A stretch of 43,247 bases of DNA from a virus (taxonomy: Duplodnaviria > Caudoviricetes): the IMG/VR virus record IMGVR_UViG_3300038393_002169, positions 1 through 43,247 of that record. One strand, written 5' to 3'. The notes beneath the pieces were generated by a model. That model had not been told where the DNA came from. It saw only the letters and a list, made by a program, of their open reading frames with translations, and ran no database searches. The translations under genes and the position numbers were made by a program. How positions within the stretch are numbered: the stretch's first letter is position 1; every line of letters begins with the position of its first letter. This document shows, piece by piece, positions 8,403 through 15,422 of the stretch.

Positions 8403-8558
8403 TTAGCGGGTACGCTCGGTGCTGCCATTTTCCGGGATCATGTTCCAGCCGAGCCGGCGGCGGATTTCCGCAGGTGGCGGCGGCGGTTTTTTCGATCTGA
8501 TGCGTTCTGCGAGGTAATCCCGCACTAACTGCCGGGGCGGGTGCGTGACGGCTGCCAT
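8403..8558 (-). CDS. small protein, paralogue of 921..1073
   Basis: MAAVTHPPRQLVRDYL...KPPPPPAEIRRRLGW; AGGAGG RBS. Confidence 0.75.
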   Translation of the reverse strand: MAAVTHPPRQLVRDYLAERIRSKKPPPPPAEIRRRLGWNMIPENGSTERTR

Positions 8559-8660
8559 TGCATTCCTCCTTGGAATGATGCGCCAACACCGGCGCGGGGG
8601 TCCCTTGTTCAGTATGTACCGCAGAGGGGGACACCAACCGAGCTGGGTAAAGGTGGGTAT

Positions 8661-9230
8661 ATGAGCGAAGTCAACAGTAGCGGAGGTTATCCGTTCGACG
8701 CAGCCGGGCTGGATTGGCTGGGTGGTGGCGTCAGGAGCATGCGCGAGCTGGCACGTAAGCACGGCATCCCCGAGGCAACATTACGCCGCCATGCCAAGGA
8801 GCACGGCTGGACCCGTGGGGCGTCCGATATCAAGCGCGAGATCGTGCGCGAGGCGCTGGCCGGCGAGGATGTTGACGCAGAGGTGACGCAGGATTTGACG
8901 CACGAGGAAGTGCGTCAGCGGCGCGTCAAGGAGGCCCTGCAGGACGTGGCCGACATGACGATGGGCTTGCGGGTGGCGCGCGCCTGCATCGGCAAGCTGC
9001 TGGCCATGGTGGACAGCATCGACAACCCGAACGACATCAAGCGCGTGGTCGAGGCCAACAAGGGCGCGGTGGAGACGATCCGCAAGATCAGGAGCCTGGA
9101 CGACGAGCCGCCGCCGGAGGCCGAAGTGACGGTAACGGTGGGGGATTCCGACCTGGCCGAGCTGCGCGCGGCGTTCAGGAAGCGGCTGGAGGAAATGAAC
9201 GGGGCCGCAGGGGCCCCGGAGGCGCGTTAG
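8661..9230 (+). CDS. terS: terminase small subunit (putative)
   Basis: N-terminal HTH SMRELARKHGIPEATLRRHAKEHGWTR, helical C-terminus, upstream of TerL. Confidence 0.7.
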   Translation: MSEVNSSGGYPFDAAGLDWLGGGVRSMRELARKHGIPEATLRRHAKEHGWTRGASDIKREIVREALAGEDVDAEVTQDLTHEEVRQRRVKEALQDVADMTMGLRVARACIGKLLAMVDSIDNPNDIKRVVEANKGAVETIRKIRSLDDEPPPEAEVTVTVGDSDLAELRAAFRKRLEEMNGAAGAPEAR

Positions 9231-9424
9231 CGCCGGGGCGGGAGGACGATTAACAGTAGCGTGCAGAACAGTAAGAGCTGCACAGCCGCCGCCTGCCTGC
9301 CGCGCAGACACGCGAGCGCGAACAGGCTCGTACAGAACGCAAGCAGCAGATAACCCACGGCGGCCCAGCCCACCGCGTGCCAGTCGATTTGCCGCAGTCG
9401 CTTTAACTTGTTTCGTATGCGCAT
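9227..9424 (-). CDS. small membrane protein
   Basis: Two hydrophobic segments in 65 aa. Confidence 0.45.
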   Translation of the reverse strand: MRIRNKLKRLRQIDWHAVGWAAVGYLLLAFCTSLFALACLRGRQAAAVQLLLFCTLLLIVLPPRR

Positions 9425-9669
9425 TGATGTGCTCCGTGGTTGTGCCGGCTGTGGATTGCCTCCGCGCCTTGGATGAACGCGCCGTCCGCACGCGTGACCA
9501 CGTATTCCTGAGTCTCCTCGACTTGCTCCAACCGTACCCGCTGCTCGCCGGCAAACTGGCGGATCGAGATCGGCGTGCCTACATGCTTGGCATACGTGGC
9601 GGTGTGCGGCTCGATGGTGATCGTGTCCGAGAAGAACAAGATCGGTTTCAGTGAAGTGCCCATTGGCAT
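9403..9669 (-). CDS. hypothetical protein
   Basis: AAAGGAG RBS before MPMGTSLK. Confidence 0.6.
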   Translation of the reverse strand: MPMGTSLKPILFFSDTITIEPHTATYAKHVGTPISIRQFAGEQRVRLEQVEETQEYVVTRADGAFIQGAEAIHSRHNHGAHQCAYETS

Positions 9670-9694
9670 TGCTCCTTTAAATGGGGGGTGGTGG

Positions 9695-9925
9695 CTACTC
9701 GGCAGCGGTTTCCAGCTCGGTTGCGGCATTCTCCAGCGACGTAATTGCGTCCTCCAGGGCCGATACCGCATCGCGCGACTTTTCGCCGTTGGCGGCGTCC
9801 TGCAGGCTTTCCGGCATGTTGTTGAGCGCGTCTTGCTCGTCATCGCGTACCGCTTCAACGCGTGACGCCAGTTCCTCGACCTGGCTTTTGATCGCGGCCA
9901 GCTCCTTGCGGCGCTTATCGTTCAT
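9695..9925 (-). CDS. phage coiled-coil hypothetical protein
   Basis: MNDKRRKEL...EQDALNNMPESLQ pattern. Confidence 0.8.
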   Translation of the reverse strand: MNDKRRKELAAIKSQVEELASRVEAVRDDEQDALNNMPESLQDAANGEKSRDAVSALEDAITSLENAATELETAAE

Positions 9926-10034
9926 GGTCGGCCTCGGTTGACTTGGTAAACTTGGACGGCCACACGCGCGGCAGCACTTTTTCGATGAAAAAGAGCAGCA
10001 CGAGCAGCCCGTTTAGAAAAGCAACGATTGGCAT
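9915..10034 (-). CDS. 39-aa hydrophobic peptide
   Basis: GAAAGGAG RBS; MPIVAFLNGLLVLLFFIEKVLPRVW. Confidence 0.55.
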   Translation of the reverse strand: MPIVAFLNGLLVLLFFIEKVLPRVWPSKFTKSTEADHER

Positions 10035-10159
10035 GGGGTTCTCCTTTCCGTGGGTACGGCCCGACAGTACGCCTGTCCCTGAAACGGGGACAGTGCCCCG
10101 CGCAAGATGGCCAGCATACTGCACCCGGAGCATGACAACGCGCAATGACTGCGCAAAGC

Positions 10160-10182
10160 AAAAGGGCCGCACGAAGCGGCCC
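10160..10182 (-). terminator. intrinsic terminator
   Basis: Minus strand GGGCCGC-TTCGT-GCGGCCC-TTTT. Confidence 0.7.
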
Positions 10183-10203
10183 GCATGGGGTGGCGCCGAA
10201 GGC

Positions 10204-10605
10204 CTAGTTGTCGACCTGGGCCAGCATCGGCGCGGTTGAGGTCAGGACATAGTCGATGTGGATCGGGTGATCCGGGGGCAGCTCGGAATCCTTCGCCCAT
10301 TCGCGCAGGTCGTGCTCGAAGCGCGTGCGCGCGTCTTCGACCGTCATGCCCTCGTACATCAGCAGCCTGTTGTCGTCGCCATCCAAGCGCCCGATCAGGG
10401 CCAGGTGCGGGTGTACCGCGAGCACCTGGCTCGCCGCTGCAAGCAAGTTCACGCCAGCGCGCAGTGCAAGGCCCTGTTGGTCGTCGGCATAGTAAATGCG
10501 TTCGTCGTTGCGCAAGGATGTGTACACACGTTCGGCGTCCTCGCGGGTGCATGCGCTGCCGAGCGCCTCTTGAATCTCGGTCAGCATGGCGTTTCTGTCC
10601 TTCAT
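10204..10605 (-). CDS. hypothetical protein
   Basis: GGAGGAG RBS, 133 aa. Confidence 0.75.
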   Translation of the reverse strand: MKDRNAMLTEIQEALGSACTREDAERVYTSLRNDERIYYADDQQGLALRAGVNLLAAASQVLAVHPHLALIGRLDGDDNRLLMYEGMTVEDARTRFEHDLREWAKDSELPPDHPIHIDYVLTSTAPMLAQVDN

Positions 10606-10706
10606 TGCAATCTCCTCCGGTAAGGTGGTGAGAGGTCAGGGTAGCACGATGATCGAATGGCAACACCAACCGCCGCAAGCCCGCAATGCCGGGATGCGCT
10701 GGCGCA

Positions 10707-12335
10707 ATGACCCAGCTGACCCTGCCTGACGACGTGCGCGCCGCGCTGCAAAGCGCCCCGTTCGCCGCGATCTGCGACCTGTGGGCCTTGATCGAGCGCC
10801 AGTACGGCGACGCCGGGCGCGCCTGGCTGGGGCGCAATGACCGTTTTTACCTATTAACCCGATTGCTGCACCGGCTCGACGCCGTCCATCCGTGGCTGTA
10901 CGCCCGGTGCAGGGAAGTGGAGGAGCGCCCAGACGGTCATCTTGACCTCTGGGCGCGATGTTGAGAACACTATAAATCGACGATCATCACCTTCGCCGGC
11001 ATCATCCAAGAGCTGCTGGTCGATTCCGAGATCACGATCGGCATCTTCAGCCACACCAAGCCCGTCGCGCGCAAGTTCCTGTTGCAGATCAAGCAAGAGC
11101 TGGAGGCGAACAAGACGCTGCAGGCGCTGTACCCCGACGTGCTGTACGCCGATCCGCGCAACGAGTCCTCGAAGTGGAGCGAGGAAAAGGGCATCGTGGT
11201 GCGGCGCCGCAGCAACCCGAAAGAGGCGAGCATCGAGGCGCACGGGCTGGTCGACGGCCAGCCAACCGGCGCGCACTTCCTGCTGCGCGTGTATGACGAC
11301 GTGGTAACGCGCGAGAGCGTATCGACCCCGGATCAGGTGGCCAAGACGACGGCGGCATGGGAGCTGAGCGACAACCTCGGGGCGCGCAACGCCGACGGCC
11401 AGGCGCGCTCGTGGCACGTCGGCACGCGCTATTCCTTTGCCGACACCTACCAGGCGATCATGGACCGGGGCGCGCTGAAGGTGCGCATCTACCCGGCCAC
11501 GGAGAACGGCTTGCCCGACGGGCGTCCGGTGCTGCTGACGGCGGAGGCGTGGGCCGACCGCAAGCTCAAGCAGGGCCCGGCGACGATCGCCTGCCAGATG
11601 CTCCAGAACCCGGCGGCCGGCAACGAAGCGATGTTCAAGAAGGAATGGCTGTCGTTCATTGATATCCGGCCTGCAACACTGAACGTCTACATCATGGTGG
11701 ACCCGGCCCACAGCCGCAAGAAGGGCAGCGACAACACGGCCATGGCGGTGGTCGGGGTGGACGCCAGCGGCAACCGCTTCCTGCTGGACGGCTATCGGCA
11801 CAAGATGGGCCTGCGCGAGCGCTGGGAGGGGCTGCGGGGGCTGCGGCGGGTCTGGATGGCCCAGCCAGGCGTGCAGCTGGTCAAAGTCGGCTACGAGCGC
11901 TACGGCATGCAGGCCGATCTGGAGTATTTCGAGGAACAGATGCAGCGCGAGAAGGACGCGTTCGAGATCATCGAGCTGAACTGGACCAGCGACGGCGCGC
12001 AGGCCAAGGACGACCGCGTGCAACGCCTGCAGCCGGACTTCATCAGCAAGCGCTTCTACCTGGCCGCGGTGACGCAGGGCGAGACCGCGAACCAGCGGCG
12101 CATCCGCGAGCAGGGGCAATCGTTCCGCATCTTCAAGCCGGTCATGCGGCGCGACCACGAGGGCAACCTGTACAGCCTGAACAAGGGGTTCTTGGAGGAA
12201 TTCTTGACCTACCCGTTCAGCGCCAAGAAGGACCTGATCGACGCCGTTTCGCGGCTGTACGACATGGAGCCGGTGCCGCCGATCCTGATCGACGAGCGCG
12301 CGCTCGAGCCGGAACTGTACGCGGACGGGCTATGA
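10707..12335 (+). pseudogene. terL: terminase large subunit interrupted by in-frame TGA at 10962-10964
   Basis: One frame throughout: DLWAR-C-*-EHYKSTIIT (Walker A), LRVYDDVVT (Walker B), VGTRY, IMVDPA...KKGSDNTA nuclease motif, DLIDA; start codon uncertain. Confidence 0.85.
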
Positions 12336-12559
12336 AGACAGTGAGCAACAGCAAGCATACCGAGCCCGACGGCGTGACGATCTACTACCAGTGGCGCCTG
12401 ATCGGCGTGCGCCAGATCGGGGTCGCGGTGGCTGTCAGCCCCGCCGAGCTGCGCTTGGGCCGCGCGGTGGTGGCGCACCGGCTGCGCCGGGCCCGCCGCG
12501 AGCTGGCCGAGCTGGTAGCACTGGCATGGCATGACCAACCCACAAGGAGCGCCCGATGA
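12332..12559 (+). CDS. hypothetical protein
   Basis: ATGA overlap with terL. Confidence 0.55.
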   Translation: MKTVSNSKHTEPDGVTIYYQWRLIGVRQIGVAVAVSPAELRLGRAVVAHRLRRARRELAELVALAWHDQPTRSAR

Positions 12560-12717
12560 AGCCGTACCGCCCCCAAGACCTCGATTGCAGCCACTACGAC
12601 AACACCGACGAGCCGTTCGAGCGCGCCGCCATCCTGATCGGCTTGGCGCTGCTGGTGCTCGCGCTGAGCCCGATCCTGGCCGTGGTCCTGCTGGCCACGA
12701 GCGGCACACTGTTTTAA
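12556..12717 (+). CDS. small membrane protein (53 aa)
   Basis: AAGGAG RBS, ATGA overlap; hand translation gives AAILIGLALLVLALSPILAVVLLA. Confidence 0.55.
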   Translation: MKPYRPQDLDCSHYDNTDEPFERAAILIGLALLVLALSPILAVVLLATSGTLF

Positions 12718-12731
12718 CGACGGAGGAGCCC

Positions 12732-13031
12732 ATGAAGACGATGCCAGTACGCCCGGTGCCCGGTACGGTCACCACCAACCCGGTGCCGCCTGTGGCGCCG
12801 GCCGCCCGCACCCGCAGCGTGCCGCCGCCCCAGCCGAAAGCCGACACCGGCGGCAAGCATGCGGTGGCGACCGGGCGCGGCGTGGTGCCGCAGAAGCCGC
12901 ACAACCCGGACAACCATCTCTCGGCCATGCCGACTGCCGCGCCGAATGGCGGCGCCGTGAAGGGTTATAGCAACGGCGGCATGGTCAAAGGCTACCGCAA
13001 TGGCGGCATGGTCAAGGGCGGTAAGTGCTGA
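12732..13031 (+). CDS. small basic protein with three GG(A/M)VKG repeats
   Basis: GGAGGAG RBS; ends NGGAVKGYSNGGMVKGYRNGGMVKGGKC. Confidence 0.75.
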   Translation: MKTMPVRPVPGTVTTNPVPPVAPAARTRSVPPPQPKADTGGKHAVATGRGVVPQKPHNPDNHLSAMPTAAPNGGAVKGYSNGGMVKGYRNGGMVKGGKC

Positions 13032-13207
13032 TGGACCCGCGCACGATCCCCAGCTTCACGACCCGGCTGTGGTCGGAGGAAGTGGGCCGCGCCGAGGCCA
13101 ACGAAGCCCAGGTGCCGCAGATCGCCTACCGTTTCTCGAACGGGCGCACGTTCGCCGCGATCCCGTACGACCCGCCGGTGCCGCCGCCGGTCGAGGACCC
13201 GCCATGA
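13031..13207 (+). CDS. phage hypothetical protein
   Basis: TGATG coupling; YRFSNGRTF motif. Confidence 0.65.
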   Translation: MDPRTIPSFTTRLWSEEVGRAEANEAQVPQIAYRFSNGRTFAAIPYDPPVPPPVEDPP

Positions 13208-13350
13208 TCGACGGCGCACGGGCCGAGTACGAGGCGCTGCCCGAGGATATCAAGGCGCTGTACAGCTACCAGCAGTACCAATGGCTGTCGGAGGAGGAAA
13301 AGGCCCGCGTCACGCAGGCCGAGACCGAGCCGGAGCAGTACGACAGCTAG
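13204..13350 (+). CDS. phage hypothetical protein
   Basis: ATGA coupling; YEALPEDIKALYSYQQYQWLSEEEK. Confidence 0.7.
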   Translation: MIDGARAEYEALPEDIKALYSYQQYQWLSEEEKARVTQAETEPEQYDS

Positions 13351-13357
13351 GCGCGTT

Positions 13358-13564
13358 CTATTTGAGCAACTTAAACTGGTACTGGACCTGATACCCCAGC
13401 GTTTCGGCCACCGCTTCCAGCGTAGCTGTGCTGATCGGCTGGTTGCCCTTCTCGATGTTCGTGATGCTGGTGCGCTCCAGACCGACGCGCAGCGCCAGTT
13501 CGGCCTGTGTCATCTTGCGCATCTTGCGCAGAGCCTTGATTGTCGGGCCGAGGCTGTTCTTCAT
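13358..13564 (-). CDS. XRE-family HTH regulator
   Basis: IKALRKMRKMTQAELALRVGLERTSITNIEKG. Confidence 0.9.
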   Translation of the reverse strand: MKNSLGPTIKALRKMRKMTQAELALRVGLERTSITNIEKGNQPISTATLEAVAETLGYQVQYQFKLLK

Positions 13565-13821
13565 TAGTCCACAACCCAGCCGTCAGCCAGCAGCGCGCTG
13601 AGCGAGTCGTAGCGGCGCGCCGCCAGTGTGCGTAGCAGTGCCAAGGTCAGCGGCCGAAGTGGGTAGTCGAGCCGGACCACGGTCGGTTCCGCCTCATGGA
13701 TGATGCCCGGTTCCGGCCACTGGCCCGGCGCGCGCCGGCGCTTGACCGGCAGGAGCGGGCGCAGCGGCCAGTCGGCCGGGGTGGACATCATGCGTTCGTC
13801 GTCGGCACGGGTGATGGTCAT
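13564..13821 (-). CDS. hypothetical protein
   Basis: AAAGGA RBS; WPLRPLLPVKR...LLADGWVVD. Confidence 0.75.
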   Translation of the reverse strand: MTITRADDERMMSTPADWPLRPLLPVKRRRAPGQWPEPGIIHEAEPTVVRLDYPLRPLTLALLRTLAARRYDSLSALLADGWVVD

Positions 13822-14093
13822 CGTTGGTTCCTTTCAGGCGTGAGTGCTGGCGGGCAAGTGACGATCCGCGACCACCACGCGGCGGCGCACCAGGCGTCGA
13901 ACTCGTGCCAGTCGTGCGCGCGCACCGACGCGAGCCAGCGGTCGAACGCGGGCCGGCTGAACACGATGTCGTTTGCTGACACACCCCGCTGGTCGAGCGA
14001 CGCGCACCACGCGAGCCAGCCGGTCATGCGCACTCGGCGCGGCCGCGCGTACCAGGCGCCAAATGCCTCGCGCTCGGTCAGTGCCTCGCTCAT
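13818..14093 (-). CDS. hypothetical Trp-rich protein
   Basis: ATGA coupling on both sides. Confidence 0.6.
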   Translation of the reverse strand: MSEALTEREAFGAWYARPRRVRMTGWLAWCASLDQRGVSANDIVFSRPAFDRWLASVRAHDWHEFDAWCAAAWWSRIVTCPPALTPERNQR

Positions 14094-14332
14094 GGCCACA
14101 GCCGCTTGAAGGCCGCGCCGCGCAGGTAGGTACGCGCCGATGCGTCGTAGACCGCGTTGCCCGGTGCCAGCTCCAGGTAGATGCTGATGTCGCGGCTGGC
14201 CTGCGGGCTGGATAAGGCAAAAAAATCCATGATCGTGCTGCGGTTCAGGTGCCCGTAAGCGGCCAGCAGGCATTCGATGAATTGGAGCCGCAGCAGCAGT
14301 GCCGGGCGCAGTGGCGGTATCACGACGCTCAT
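14090..14332 (-). CDS. stand-alone CapW/BrxR-like winged-HTH protein (no WYL domain)
   Basis: RLQFIE..L...G.LNRS.IMDFF.LS.PQASRDIS.YLELAPGNAVYD.SARTY matches the N-terminal wHTH of CapW/BrxR-type WYL regulators. Confidence 0.75.
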   Translation of the reverse strand: MSVVIPPLRPALLLRLQFIECLLAAYGHLNRSTIMDFFALSSPQASRDISIYLELAPGNAVYDASARTYLRGAAFKRLWP

Positions 14333-14340
14333 AGCGGCTG

Positions 14341-14595
14341 TCAGTACGTGCGGATGGTCGCGCCCTTGGCGAACGGGCCAAATCCGGCGCAGACAACGCC
14401 CTCGATCCGCTTGCCGGTCGGCCCCTTGGCGGTGAATCCGGTATGCACTCTGTCATCCTTGCCGCAGCCGGTCCAGGCGTAGCCGGTGGTCTGAATGTCG
14501 GTGTAGCCAGCGTTCTCCAGCGTGCGGCGCGCCTCATTCGCATCGGAGCAGGCGGCCAGCGCGAGCAGCGGCAGGATCAGGAACAGACGGGTCAA
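14341..14595 (-). CDS. phage lipoprotein
   Basis: LALAAC lipobox; AGYTDIQTTGY...C...TGFTAK...GVVC pattern; TTG start with AAGGAG RBS. Confidence 0.8.
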   Translation of the reverse strand: MTRLFLILPLLALAACSDANEARRTLENAGYTDIQTTGYAWTGCGKDDRVHTGFTAKGPTGKRIEGVVCAGFGPFAKGATIRTY

Positions 14596-14617
14596 GGCAA
14601 TCTCCTTCAGGTTGTTG

Positions 14618-14842
14618 TCATGGGTTGTCGCTGGTAATGACGATGTGCTTGCCCTTGTAGCGCTTTAGCTCGGGCAGGCATGTTCTGGCCAACAAGTCTT
14701 CGTACACGCTTCGGGTCAAAAAGATCAGGCTGCGGTCCGGGCCGGCGCGCTCGACGGCGCGATTGGCTGCGGCCTCCCCGTCCAACTCCCCCAAGGCACG
14801 TAGGGCGCGCTTGGCTTCCTTCTGCTGGGCGCGGCTGGCCAT
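14618..14842 (-). CDS. hypothetical protein
   Basis: TAATG coupling. Confidence 0.55.
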   Translation of the reverse strand: MASRAQQKEAKRALRALGELDGEAAANRAVERAGPDRSLIFLTRSVYEDLLARTCLPELKRYKGKHIVITSDNP

Positions 14843-14982
14843 TAGGCCCGCCGCCAGATGACGTGGAGGCCGACCACGGCAAACAGGATGGTGATGCCGC
14901 CCAGGCGGCCGAACACTTCAGCTGCGCCTGCGGCCGCGCATAGCGCCGCGCTGGCGATGGCCTTCGCCGTGTACTCACTCAT
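14842..14982 (-). CDS. small membrane protein (46 aa)
   Basis: GGAGG RBS; hand translation MSEYTAKAIASAAL...ITILFAVVGLHVIWRRA. Confidence 0.55.
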   Translation of the reverse strand: MSEYTAKAIASAALCAAAGAAEVFGRLGGITILFAVVGLHVIWRRA

Positions 14983-15065
14983 GGTTGCCTCCGGTTAAAA
15001 CGCGAATGATACCAGATGCAACTTTTGGTGCCGCAGACGTCATTGATACCTGAAAGAACTACCCT

Positions 15066-15422
15066 ATGAGCCAACTGCTGACCGGCCTCGACGACAGCGC
15101 GATCAACACCGGGGCCAACGACATGATCCTCGCCAAGGAGATCGCCGACGCCCTGAACAGCCACTATCCGGGCCACCTGTGGGCGGTCAACGTGGACGGC
15201 CCCAACGGCGTGGCCAACATCCGCGACCTGCTGCTGTCTGGCCAGATGGGCTATGTGCTCAAGCTGGTCAATATCTTCAGCGCGTCCGACTTCCGGCGCG
15301 ACGTGGTCCGGGCCGGCGGCGAAATCCTTGAACGCTACCGGATGACGCGCGGGCGCCTCGACGAGGGCCAGTACGCGGGGCTAAAGACCAACTTCGCCGG
15401 CGAATTCGCCTTTGACCGATGA
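15066..15422 (+). CDS. conserved phage protein preceding portal
   Basis: LNSHYPGHLWAV...RAGGEILERY pattern; ATGA-coupled to portal. Confidence 0.8.
   Translation: MSQLLTGLDDSAINTGANDMILAKEIADALNSHYPGHLWAVNVDGPNGVANIRDLLLSGQMGYVLKLVNIFSASDFRRDVVRAGGEILERYRMTRGRLDEGQYAGLKTNFAGEFAFDR

Noticed and set aside
10962-11010. Selenocysteine or genome-wide TGA recoding as the main explanation for the terL stop
   Set aside because: No convincing SECIS seen, many genes here end in TGA with ATGA coupling, and two extra residues would distort the P-loop; kept only as a minor alternative
12556-12717. Holin/lysis assignment for small membrane proteins
   Set aside because: No endolysin or spanin recognised nearby
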